DNA of 64,000 nt from Vicinamibacterales bacterium (GTDB lineage Bacteria; Acidobacteriota; Vicinamibacteria; Vicinamibacterales; UBA8438): contig OZ253664.1 of assembly GCA_965263195.1 (NCBI GenBank), forward strand, positions 2,037,045 to 2,101,044, read 5' to 3'. Position numbers and translations under genes: made by a program. Shown piece after piece: positions 36,853 through 45,990 of the stretch (positions within the stretch are counted from its first letter, which is position 1; every line of letters starts with the position of its first letter). Under the pieces are notes generated by a model. The model was not told the DNA's origin. It searched no databases and saw nothing but the letters and a program-made list of their open reading frames with translations.

Positions 36853-39297
36853 ATGCCCATAAGATTCGTTGGTACGTTCGTCCTTGCGCTGGCGCTGACA
36901 TTCGCCGGCGCCCTGCAGCCTGCAAGCGCACAACCCACAACCCGCGGCGGCGCTCCGGCCGCAGGCGAGCCGTCCCGGGCGCTGCTCGACCGCTATTGTG
37001 TCACCTGTCACAACGAACGGCTCAAGACCGCCGGTCTGGCGCTCGACGCCATCGACCTCGCGCAGGTCGCGACCCACGCCGAGGTGCTCGAGAAGGTCGT
37101 CCGGAAGCTGCGCAGCGGACAGATGCCCCCCGAGGGGCGGCCGCGTCCCGACGCCGCCGATGTCGACACGTTCGTCACCGCACTCGAAACCACCCTGGAC
37201 CGCGAGAACGAGACCACGCCCAACCCGGGCCGCGTCGCCTCCCGGCGGCTGAACCGTGTCGAGTACGTCAACGCCATCAAGGACCTGCTGGCGCTCGAAG
37301 TCAACGGCGCCGAGCTGCTGCCGAGCGACATGGCCGGCTTCGGGTTCGACAACAATGCGGACGTGCTGTCGATGACGCCGTCCCTGATGACGCGCTACAT
37401 CGCCGCCGCCACGAAGGTCAGCCGGGCGGCCATCGGCAGTCCCGACAACCGGCCCGTGATGCAGGTGTACTCGCTCGGCTTCGAGGAGCGGGACATCCGC
37501 GCCAACGAGGACATGCCGTTCTCGACCATCGGCGGGTTGTCGGAGCGGCACATGTTCCCGCTTGACGGGGAATACGTGTTCGCCGTCCGGCTGAAGCGGA
37601 ACGCCACCGTCGAGACCATCGAGGGCATCGAGGAGGACGGGCACGAGATCGAGCTGCGCGTCGACCACGAGCTGATCCAGCGCTGGCCGATCGGCGGGCA
37701 GTTCTCCGGCCCCGATCCGGGCGTGCTGATCGCCGTGCCCGAGGACGATGTCGAGGGTCAGCGACTCCACGCGTACCGCATGACGGCCGACGACGAGCTC
37801 GAAATCCGCGTCCCGATCGAAGCCGGCCAGCGGCTCGTCTCCGTCGCGTTCACCGACTCGGCGCCGTCGCCGCACGGCCTGCGGGGCGAGCCGGGCATCG
37901 CCAAGCTGTTTATTTCCGGTCCGTTCAACGGCACGGTGCCGGACGACACGCCGAGCCGGCAACAGATCTTCACCTGCCGTCCGGCCAGCGCTGCGGCGGA
38001 CGCCGAGCAGGAGGCGTGCGCGCGGGAGATCATCAGCGCCCTCGCGCGGCGGGCCTACCGGCGGCCGGTCACCGACATCGACGTCGACCCGCTCGTCGCG
38101 GTCTACCGCGACGGGCGTGCCGAGCGCGATTTCGAATTCGGCATCGAGTTGGCTCTCGAAGCGTTGCTCTCGATGCCGGAATTCCTGATGCGCATCTATC
38201 AGGAACCGGTCGACCTGACGCCCGGCGAGCCGTACAAGTTAAGCGACCTGGAGCTGGCCTCGCGGCTGTCGTTCTTCCTCTGGCGGTCGATCCCGGACGA
38301 CGAGCTGATCGACCTCGCCGCCGCGGGGCGGCTGAGCGATGCCGAGGTGCTCCCCGCACAGATCCGGCGCATGCTGGCGGACGACCGCGCCACGCGGTTC
38401 ATGAACGACTTCGTGGGCCAGTGGCTGCAGATTCGCAACATCAACGAGCAGGCGCCCGACGGTGCGCTGTTTGCGCAGTTCAACGACACGCTGCGCAAGG
38501 CCATGGTGCAGGAGACGCAGCTGTTCTTCGAGAGCCAGTTGCGCGAAGACCGGCCGATTCAGGAGCTGCTGACCGCGAACTACAGCTTCCTGAACGAGCA
38601 GCTCGCCCGCCACTACGGGGTGGATGACATCTACGGCAGCCGCTTCCGCCGCGTCGAGTTGGCGGACGATCGGCGGCATGGCCTGCTCGGTCAGGCGAGC
38701 CTGCTGACGGTCACCTCCTATGCGAACCGGACTTCCGTGGTGCTGCGGGGCAAGTGGGTGCTGGAGACGCTGCTCGGTGCGCCGCCGCCGCCGCCGCCGC
38801 CGAACGTGCCGCCGCTGGAGGAAGACGAGGCCGGCGCCGCGCCGACGTCACTGCGCGAGAAGATGGAGCAGCACCGGCGGAACCCGGTGTGCGCCACCTG
38901 CCACACGGAGATGGACCAGCTCGGCTTCGCCATGGAGCACTTCAACGCCATCGGCCAGTGGCGCGAGACGGACCGCGGCGCGGAGATCGATGCGACGATC
39001 GAGTGGGCGGGACATACAATCGACAGCCCCCGGTCGTTCCGCGAGGCGCTGGTCGCCAAGGGGGACGAGTTCGAGCGGACCGTGGTCGAGAAGCTGCTGA
39101 CCTACGCGCTCGGCCGCGGTGTCGACTATTACGACGCGCCGACCATACGCCGGATCGTGCGCGACGTCGCCGACGCGGACTACCGCTGGTCGGCGATCAT
39201 CGAAGGGGTCGTCAGGAGCATGCCGTTCCAGATGCGGCGGGTGGCCGATCCGGCCGACATGCCGGCGACGACAGCGGCGGCCGACGCCGGACTCTGA
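36853..39297 (+). CDS. DUF1592/DUF1588/DUF1587/DUF1585/DUF1595-type heme-binding protein (PSCyt-like)
   Basis: ATG at 36853. Signal peptide, N-terminal CVTCHNERLKTAGLALD, and later NPVCATCHTEMDQLGFAMEHFNAIGQWR. Confidence 0.85.
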   Translation: MPIRFVGTFVLALALTFAGALQPASAQPTTRGGAPAAGEPSRALLDRYCVTCHNERLKTAGLALDAIDLAQVATHAEVLEKVVRKLRSGQMPPEGRPRPDAADVDTFVTALETTLDRENETTPNPGRVASRRLNRVEYVNAIKDLLALEVNGAELLPSDMAGFGFDNNADVLSMTPSLMTRYIAAATKVSRAAIGSPDNRPVMQVYSLGFEERDIRANEDMPFSTIGGLSERHMFPLDGEYVFAVRLKRNATVETIEGIEEDGHEIELRVDHELIQRWPIGGQFSGPDPGVLIAVPEDDVEGQRLHAYRMTADDELEIRVPIEAGQRLVSVAFTDSAPSPHGLRGEPGIAKLFISGPFNGTVPDDTPSRQQIFTCRPASAAADAEQEACAREIISALARRAYRRPVTDIDVDPLVAVYRDGRAERDFEFGIELALEALLSMPEFLMRIYQEPVDLTPGEPYKLSDLELASRLSFFLWRSIPDDELIDLAAAGRLSDAEVLPAQIRRMLADDRATRFMNDFVGQWLQIRNINEQAPDGALFAQFNDTLRKAMVQETQLFFESQLREDRPIQELLTANYSFLNEQLARHYGVDDIYGSRFRRVELADDRRHGLLGQASLLTVTSYANRTSVVLRGKWVLETLLGAPPPPPPPNVPPLEEDEAGAAPTSLREKMEQHRRNPVCATCHTEMDQLGFAMEHFNAIGQWRETDRGAEIDATIEWAGHTIDSPRSFREALVAKGDEFERTVVEKLLTYALGRGVDYYDAPTIRRIVRDVADADYRWSAIIEGVVRSMPFQMRRVADPADMPATTAAADAGL

Positions 39298-39338
39298 ATC
39301 CGGCGCTGAACACGACGCAGACGAAAGAGGACTCACCC

Positions 39339-40685
39339 ATGGTCATCACGAAGATGCAACTGCCACGACGCACCGTGTTGCGGGGCCTTGGTGTCAGCAT
39401 GGCGCTGCCGCTGCTCGACAGCATGGTGCCCGCGCTCACCGCACTCAGCAAGACGGCCGCCGCGCCGGTCCGCCGGTTTGGCGTCTTCTACGTGCCGAAC
39501 GGGATGTCGATGCCCTACTGGTCGCCGAAGGCGGAGGGCCCGCTCCCGGAGCTGCCGCCGACGTTGCAGTCGCTGGCCGGATTCGAGGATCGCGTGCTGA
39601 TGTGCGGCGGCCTGGCGGACGAGGCGGCCAACCTGGTAAAGGGCGGCGGCGACCACGCGCGCTCGGCCGGGACGTTCCTGACCGGCGTGCCGTTCAAGAT
39701 CACGGCGGGCGCCGATGTCTACGCCGCCGTGTCAATGGACCAGATGGCGGCGCGGGTGCTGGCGCAGGAGACGCAGCTCGCCTCCATCGAGCTGGGCATC
39801 GAGTCGAACGCCATGCTCGGATCGTGTGACGGCGGCGCAAGTTGCGCGTACACCAACACCATCGCGTGGCGCACGCCTACCACGCCGCTGCCGATCGAGA
39901 ACGACCCGCGCGCCGTCTTCGAGCGGCTGTTCGGGACGAGCGGCAGCACGGATCCGAAGGCGCGGCTCGCGCGCCTCCGCCGCGACCGCACCATCCTGGA
40001 CCTCGTCGGCAACGAGCTCGACGACCTCGTGCGGGTCATCGGCCCGGGCGACCGGGTGAAGCTGGACGAGTACCTGGAGTCGGTCCGCGACATCGAGCGC
40101 CGCATCGAGATGGCGGAGCGCCAGAATACGCGCGAGCTTCCCGTGGTCGACCAGCCGGTCGGTGTGCCGAGCGACTACGCGGAGCACGCCACGCTGATGA
40201 TGGATCTGCTCGCGCTCGCCTACCAGACCGACCTGACGCGGATCAGCACGTTCATGCTGGCGCGGGAGGTCTCCGGACACGCCTATCCGGAAATCGGCGT
40301 ATCCGACTCGCACCACCCGCTGTCGCACCACCAGGACGAGCCGGCAAAGCTGGAGCGGCTGCACAAGATCAACGAGTACCACTTCCGGCAGTTCGGCCAC
40401 CTGGTCAAGACGCTGTCCGAGACGCCGGAAGGCGACGGGACGATGCTCGACTCCTCCATGTTCCTGTACGGCACCGGCATCAGCGACAGCAACACGCACT
40501 TCCACGACGACCTGCCGATTGCGCTGATCGCCGGGAAGAAGACCGGGATCGACGGCGGCCGGTACGTGAGATACGCCGAGGGGACGCCCCTGGCGAACCT
40601 GCACCTGTCGATTCTGGAAAGTCTGGGGACGCCGGAAGAGGCATTCGGCGACAGCACCGGCAAGCTGAAGCGGCTCAGCTTGTAG
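39339..40685 (+). CDS. DUF1552 domain protein with Tat-type signal
   Basis: ATG at 39339. MVITKMQLPRRTVLRGLGVSMALPLLDSM... The usual partner of DUF1592 proteins. Confidence 0.85.
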   Translation: MVITKMQLPRRTVLRGLGVSMALPLLDSMVPALTALSKTAAAPVRRFGVFYVPNGMSMPYWSPKAEGPLPELPPTLQSLAGFEDRVLMCGGLADEAANLVKGGGDHARSAGTFLTGVPFKITAGADVYAAVSMDQMAARVLAQETQLASIELGIESNAMLGSCDGGASCAYTNTIAWRTPTTPLPIENDPRAVFERLFGTSGSTDPKARLARLRRDRTILDLVGNELDDLVRVIGPGDRVKLDEYLESVRDIERRIEMAERQNTRELPVVDQPVGVPSDYAEHATLMMDLLALAYQTDLTRISTFMLAREVSGHAYPEIGVSDSHHPLSHHQDEPAKLERLHKINEYHFRQFGHLVKTLSETPEGDGTMLDSSMFLYGTGISDSNTHFHDDLPIALIAGKKTGIDGGRYVRYAEGTPLANLHLSILESLGTPEEAFGDSTGKLKRLSL

Positions 40686-40747
40686 ACCAGCATTTCTCCG
40701 GGCGGCCGGCCAGGCACCGGCCGTCCGGGGAGCATCCGCCGCAGCCG

Positions 40748-41302
40748 CTACCTGCCAGGGTATTCCGCCGGAATGCCAGGCGGCATCTCACCGAACATCA
40801 CGTGTGCGGCTGAAGTTCCGGCCCACATCAACCAGGGGCCTTCCAACCGTTCCTCGGTCGGCAGTCCGGTCGACTCGCCCGTCGCATGCGGCAGGTTGAT
40901 CGAGATGTGCAGCTCCGCTTCCTCGCGGGTCGGTCCGACCAGCGCATACTGCATGGCTCCCGGGCTCACCTCGGCGTCGGGACCGCCGCCGATGAATAGT
41001 TCCGTGAAGCTGCGTGCGCCCTCCGCCATGCGCCGGGTCATCCAGTCCATCACGTCCTGGAAGCTGGTGTGGTAGCACTCCACGGCGAACCCCGGACTTG
41101 GGCGGTCCGTCTCGCATACCAGCTCGTTGGTCCCCCGGCGGATTACTGTCGGCACGCCGTCCGCATCACGCGCGATCACCCTGGCCCCCGCGCGCAGCGC
41201 CTCGGGCGCCGCCAGCACCGCTTCGGCAATCTGCTCGTCAACCGACTGCGCGGCGGCGGCCGGCATCGCCAGCAGCACTGCACCGATGACAAGACTCCTC
41301 AT
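40748..41302 (-). CDS. secreted hypothetical protein
   Basis: ATG at 41302. Signal peptide MRSLVIGAVLLAMPAAAAQS. No family recognised. Confidence 0.5.
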   Translation of the reverse strand: MRSLVIGAVLLAMPAAAAQSVDEQIAEAVLAAPEALRAGARVIARDADGVPTVIRRGTNELVCETDRPSPGFAVECYHTSFQDVMDWMTRRMAEGARSFTELFIGGGPDAEVSPGAMQYALVGPTREEAELHISINLPHATGESTGLPTEERLEGPWLMWAGTSAAHVMFGEMPPGIPAEYPGR

Positions 41303-41363
41303 GGCGGTGGTCCCCTCCCTGCGCGCCGGCGAGGCGGCGCGGCCCACCGCTACTGTATCTTTA

Positions 41364-41461
41364 GATGGGGCTGCGCCCCAAACCCCCGGCAAGCCCTAGC
41401 GGGGGCCCCTCGCCTCGCCCCGCGCCGGGCTTGCCGAGCCGCGCCGTGCGCGGCTTGGGGA
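41364..41461. repeat. GC-rich palindromic (REP/MITE-like) intergenic element, long copy
   Basis: GATGGGGCTGCGCCCC..(53 nt with inverted CCCGGCAAGCCC/GGGCTTGCCG)..GCCGAGCCGCGCCGTGCGCGGCTTGGGGA. Both flanking modules recur at 60377-60425. Confidence 0.55.
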
Positions 41462-41600
41462 TGGCTACGTCGACTTTAGCCGTCCCCTTCATATCCAACC
41501 GTACGTCAGGGTTGCGGCGCCTAGGCGGAAGCTAGGCGGAAGATGCTTGCGTCGCGAGCGTGGCTGTAGGAGGATGAAACCAGTGTCAGGGAGGTTTCAG

Positions 41601-42557
41601 ATGACAAGTAGATATCTCGTCGCGTTGCTTACGGCGTTCGCCATTGGCGGGCTGCTCGCGGCGCCCGCCGCCGGACAACCGCAGGATGCTTCGAGCGTGC
41701 AGCGGACCCCGTGGGGCGACCCGGACCTGCAAGGGCAATGGTCGTACGCGACGCTCACGCCGCTGCAGCGGCCCGCCGAGTTCGAGCAGCAGCAGTTCTT
41801 CACCGCCGAGGAAGTCGCGGCGCGGAACGCAAGCGGCAAGGCCGACCGTCCCGACCGGCCCGGGGTCGATCCCGGCTCGTACAACGCGTTCTGGGTCGAC
41901 CGCGGGGAGGTGCTCCAGGATCGCCGCACGTCGCAGATTGTCGATCCGCCCAGCGGCCGGCTGCCGCTGAACGCCGAGGGTCAGGCGCGGGTGGACGCGC
42001 TGCGGGAACACCGTCGGATGCACCCGGCCGACACCTGGCTGGACCGGAGCGCGTGGGATCGGTGCATCACCTACCATGGCGTGCCGCCGGTCGGCACCAG
42101 CTACAACAACACGTACCACATCCTCCAAACGCCCGAGTTCGTCGCGATCCACGTCGAGAACATTCACGACGTCCGCATCATTCCACTGACCGGCCGGCCG
42201 CATCTCGACGAGGAGATCCCGCAGTGGAACGGCGATTCCCGCGGCCACTGGGACGGCGACACGCTCGTGGTCGAGACGACCGGCTACAGCGACAAGACCG
42301 AGCTGCGCTTCCCGTCGACCCGCAACACGCGCGCCGTCGAGCGGTTCACGCGCACCGGCGAGCACACCATCGACTACCGCTTCACGATCGAGGACCCGGA
42401 GATCTACACGCAACCCTGGACCGTCGAGCGCCCGTTCCAGGGCCTGCCCGATTACCACATCTACGAGTACGCCTGCCACGAGGGCAACTACGCGCTGCCG
42501 AACATCATGGCCGGTGAACGCGCCGCCGAAGCCGCGGCGGAGAACGGATCCAGGTAG
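41601..42557 (+). CDS. secreted hypothetical protein
   Basis: ATG at 41601 with a GGGAGG SD. Signal peptide, then ..VQRTPWGDPDLQGQWSYATLTPLQRP... No named family recognised. Confidence 0.6.
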   Translation: MTSRYLVALLTAFAIGGLLAAPAAGQPQDASSVQRTPWGDPDLQGQWSYATLTPLQRPAEFEQQQFFTAEEVAARNASGKADRPDRPGVDPGSYNAFWVDRGEVLQDRRTSQIVDPPSGRLPLNAEGQARVDALREHRRMHPADTWLDRSAWDRCITYHGVPPVGTSYNNTYHILQTPEFVAIHVENIHDVRIIPLTGRPHLDEEIPQWNGDSRGHWDGDTLVVETTGYSDKTELRFPSTRNTRAVERFTRTGEHTIDYRFTIEDPEIYTQPWTVERPFQGLPDYHIYEYACHEGNYALPNIMAGERAAEAAAENGSR

Positions 42558-42626
42558 GCGCAAGCCCGCCGCCGGCACCCGCGTCCAACCCGACAGCATC
42601 CTGCACGCGCGCGACACGGACCGCAC

Positions 42627-43046
42627 GTGACGGTCGTCGCGGACGCCTCGGTGCTCGTGTCGGCTCTGGTCGACTCGGGTCGCGAAGGGCAATGGTCCGA
42701 ATCGGTGGTCGCGGTCGGCCAGCTTGCCGGCCCCGAGTTGGTCCTGGCGAAAACCAGCAACATTCTGCGCCGGCTGGAAATCGCGGGCGAAATCTCAGAT
42801 TTCGAGGCGACGAGCTCGCACAGAAACCTTCTGCAGCTCAACCTGGAGCTATTCCCCTTTGCGCCGTTTGCCGAGCGCATCTGGGCGCTGCGCGGCAACC
42901 TGACCAGCTACGACGCCTGGTATGTGGCGCTGGCCGAAGAACTTGATTGTCCGCTGGCGACCCTGGATCGCAGGCTCAGCCGCGCCCACGGCCCCAGGTG
43001 CACGATACGCGTACCGCCGATACCTCAGACCGAAGAGGACGCTTGA
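42627..43046 (+). CDS. vapC: PIN-domain toxin, VapC family
   Basis: GTG at 42627. VTVVADASVLVSALVD.. (first acidic residue), ..SYDAWYVALAEELDCPLATLDRRL.. is typical of the VapC C-terminal part. Confidence 0.8.
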   Translation: MTVVADASVLVSALVDSGREGQWSESVVAVGQLAGPELVLAKTSNILRRLEIAGEISDFEATSSHRNLLQLNLELFPFAPFAERIWALRGNLTSYDAWYVALAEELDCPLATLDRRLSRAHGPRCTIRVPPIPQTEEDA

Positions 43047-43208
43047 ACCGCTCATATTGTCGCGGTCATGCTGGCTGGCTATATTTGCTAACACCGATGC
43101 CACGAAGCAAACGACGCGATGCCGCGTCTGCCACGGTGCAGGAATCGGAATAATGCCGGATCCGAACAGCCGATCTCGGTCGGACTATCTTGGTGGAGAA
43201 ATGACAGA

Positions 43209-43439
43209 ATGCGCTTCTATGCTTACGAGAACTGGCGCGCCCACGGCCACCGGATGACGATTCATCGCGGCGACTGTCCGTTCTGCAACGACGGTCGTGG
43301 TCAAGCCGGTGGAACCACGGCCGACAACGGCGAGTGGCACCAACTGCCTGAATCGACCGACGCCGAAACCGCCACGGCCGCCGCGCGGTCGCTTCGTGCA
43401 GCGCCGACGATCCGCTTGTGCCGCCGTTGTTTACGGTAG
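43209..43439 (+). CDS. small CxxC..CxxC (zinc-ribbon-like) protein
   Basis: ATG at 43209 within ORF 43119..43439. MRFYAYENWRAHGHRMTIHRGDCPFCNDGRG..WHQLPESTDAETA..IRLCRRCL. Confidence 0.4.
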   Translation: MRFYAYENWRAHGHRMTIHRGDCPFCNDGRGQAGGTTADNGEWHQLPESTDAETATAAARSLRAAPTIRLCRRCLR

Positions 43440-43506
43440 GCCCAAGCCCTACACATTTGAATCGGTGAGAAGCCATAGCGCCTGATCGCGAACCATCACC
43501 TTGCGT

Positions 43507-44004
43507 TCACCAGCCACGGGCGACTCCGCACGTCGAAACTCTTGAAGGCCGTGAAGACAACGGAATCTCGGCGCTACCGCCGCCACCGCGAATCCAATTC
43601 GACAATTCGATGATGGTCCGGTCACGTTCCGGCCCTTCTTTACGCACGGCACACTCCCAGACAACCATCACGCGCCATCCCGCCTCACGCAACTGACGAA
43701 GCTTGCTAGCATCACGCTCCACGTTGCGTGCAAACTTTTCCATCCACCAAGCCCGGTTTGACACCGGCGTCGTTGCATAGTGGCATCCGCCGTGACGATG
43801 CCAGAAGCAGCCGTTGATGAAGATGACCGCGCCGTACCGCGACAGCTTCAGGTCGGGACTGCCCGGAAGGGTCCGATCCGACGTTCGAAACCTGAAGCCG
43901 ATCCGGTGCAGCGACTGCCGAACCACCATCTCGGGCCGCGTATTGAGACGCCGCACCGCCGCCATCATGCGTGACCGCGTTTCACGATCGACAGTATCGG
44001 TCAT
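43507..44004 (-). CDS. vsr: very short patch repair endonuclease
   Basis: ATG at 44004 overlaps the upstream stop (ATGA at 44001-44004). ..TRPEMVVRQSLHRIGFRFR..PGSPDLKLSRYGAVIFINGCFWHRH.. Confidence 0.9.
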   Translation of the reverse strand: MTDTVDRETRSRMMAAVRRLNTRPEMVVRQSLHRIGFRFRTSDRTLPGSPDLKLSRYGAVIFINGCFWHRHGGCHYATTPVSNRAWWMEKFARNVERDASKLRQLREAGWRVMVVWECAVRKEGPERDRTIIELSNWIRGGGGSAEIPLSSRPSRVSTCGVARGW

Positions 44005-45980
44005 GCGCCGCTGACCACCACGATTCCGTCGCCGTCTGGCCGGAGCTCAAGCACATCGCCGTTTCCGAGTTGCAGCGCAGCTATCACAGATTCCAGTCCG
44101 GCTACGCTTCGCTCGTAAACGACGATCCGACCGATGTCCGCGCCGGTCGGGTCTTGAACTTGCCATTGTCCAGTCAAACCGATCACATCAGAAGCACTGA
44201 ACCTTCCAGACAACCGCGTGCGTGACGAAATCGGTATCCGCAAGCATACGTCCGACAACATATCCGCTTCTTCGACATCATCGCAATCACTCACGTCGTC
44301 CGTGGAAATCCGCGCGTGCAGTCCGTCAAGATCGATGTCCTCCGGTCGCGGTACAAACTTGTAGATACCCTCCTTGTACCCGACACCTGGTCGCGTATGT
44401 ACAAGAAATGGACTGTACGCGATCGTCGCTCGGGCATTTTCGCTGGTGAGCCCTTCACGAACCAGCCGTGTGTAGATGACATTGCTTGAAACAACTCGAC
44501 CATTCTCCACACAAATTTCGAGCAGCGCAAGATCGCGACCGCCGATGGAACACCAAGCAGGCCCCGGCCTTCTTCGAACTTCGCCGTCCTGGACATCGAA
44601 TAAGCCCGATCGCTCCGCTATTCCTTCCAACACAGGAACCGGTAGATCTGTAACCGTTCCATAAGGTATCGCCGACCGTACCCTGGAGTTTCTAGGAATG
44701 GACCGAACAAGATCAAGAATTTCCGCTCGACTCGTCGCGGAGAACACCTTGCATAGGTTCGTGAGGATATTGTTCCCCGTGATGCGAAAATTCTGGGGTG
44801 GCAAGGGTGGCCGCTTCCACAAATATCGACGACCACCATCAAGAAATTCCAGCCGGCTGCTGGCGTCAACGATCCTGCGCAGCATCTTCTCACCACAATC
44901 GATACGTCTTGCAATACTCCCTATTTCGGCGTAAAGCTCGCCGTTAACCTCCTCTCTCAGGCGGGCGATCCACTCAACCGTGGCTTCATCAGCATGATCG
45001 ACGACAATCTGACCGATACCACCTATTGCCCGCACCTTGAAGGGGAAGTCCAAACCGAAGATATCCGCACAGTGTTCTAACGTCTTGAAGTTGTTCTCAG
45101 GATCCGGATACGACTCGTAGCCGAACCGGGACACGATATCCGGAACGGATGCCGGCAAGATGCTCCTCGCTTCCACCAGTGCCGGCTCCCATCCTACGAA
45201 TCGCTGATTCGACGCTTTCTTCCGCAGCCCACGGTCGGCGGCGTCCAAGACCTGTCGGACTCGTTCCCTTGTGACCGCGTAGCGGAAGCCGTATTCAACG
45301 CCGTCGTCTGCGATTTCCTGTAGAGTCCGTCGCGGAGCACCTGCGACTCCATGGTACGCAACAAAACAAAGCGCCTGGTTCTCTTTCGGGGCAAGGAGTC
45401 GCGCCAACGTGTCCTGCAACTCATCCTTGAACGTCCCGTAGACTCTCGTCGTATCCTCCGGGGACCCTGCGGCCAAGTCATCAGCCGTCACGCTGCCCGG
45501 AGGCCGAAGACCGAGGGTTAACCCCCACTTCTGCAGCCCGTTCTCGATAACCTCAAGAACAGTTGGGTCCACGCCGGGCATCGCGAGAAGCTGATCGGGT
45601 GTCATATAGACCAGGGTGTCCACGCGATCGACATCGCTTCTGCGAAGGATTTCCATAGCGCTGACGAATTCCTCAACCTGACGGACCGGTCCCGCGTCGG
45701 CAATCTGCAGAGCTTCGTTGACGTCCGCATCTCGCATGCCGAGACGCAAACCCATCTTGCTCAACGTCCGCTCAACATCCCGCAGACTTGTTCGGCCCAT
45801 GTTCCGGATGGCCAATAACTGTTCTGGAGTCTGCCGGACGAGGTCGCCGACGCGAGTAATCTCCTGCTGCCTCAGACAGTTGTGGGACCGAACGGTGAGG
45901 TCAAGATCGTCGATATGCATCGATAGCACGTCCGCGACAGCGCTTTCTTCCGTTGCCGTTCGATCGGGTGTGTCGCTCAC
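44001..45980 (-). CDS. large uncharacterised protein with RNAP alpha-subunit CTD-like HhH module(s) and a sigma-70 region-4-like HTH
   Basis: IDDLDLTVRSHNCLRQQEITRVGDLVRQTPEQLLAIRNMGRTSLRDVERTLSKMGLRLGMRD aligns position by position with the E. coli alpha-CTD core ([52 protein letters not shown]). There is a second degenerate HhH (VYMTPDQLLAMPGVDPTVLEVIENGLQKWGLTLGLR), then RRTLQEIADDG..AVTRERVRQVLDAADRGLRK. About 400 C-terminal residues match no family I recognise. Start options: GTG 45980 (GAGG 8 nt upstream), TTG 46025, ATG 45920. Confidence 0.7.
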   Translation of the reverse strand: MSDTPDRTATEESAVADVLSMHIDDLDLTVRSHNCLRQQEITRVGDLVRQTPEQLLAIRNMGRTSLRDVERTLSKMGLRLGMRDADVNEALQIADAGPVRQVEEFVSAMEILRRSDVDRVDTLVYMTPDQLLAMPGVDPTVLEVIENGLQKWGLTLGLRPPGSVTADDLAAGSPEDTTRVYGTFKDELQDTLARLLAPKENQALCFVAYHGVAGAPRRTLQEIADDGVEYGFRYAVTRERVRQVLDAADRGLRKKASNQRFVGWEPALVEARSILPASVPDIVSRFGYESYPDPENNFKTLEHCADIFGLDFPFKVRAIGGIGQIVVDHADEATVEWIARLREEVNGELYAEIGSIARRIDCGEKMLRRIVDASSRLEFLDGGRRYLWKRPPLPPQNFRITGNNILTNLCKVFSATSRAEILDLVRSIPRNSRVRSAIPYGTVTDLPVPVLEGIAERSGLFDVQDGEVRRRPGPAWCSIGGRDLALLEICVENGRVVSSNVIYTRLVREGLTSENARATIAYSPFLVHTRPGVGYKEGIYKFVPRPEDIDLDGLHARISTDDVSDCDDVEEADMLSDVCLRIPISSRTRLSGRFSASDVIGLTGQWQVQDPTGADIGRIVVYERSVAGLESVIAALQLGNGDVLELRPDGDGIVVVSGA

Positions 45981-45990
45981 TTCGGTGACC

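Noticed and set aside
38781-38800. (CCG)n tract
   Set aside because: It lies inside the DUF1592 gene and simply encodes a poly-proline linker (GAPPPPPPPNVPP).
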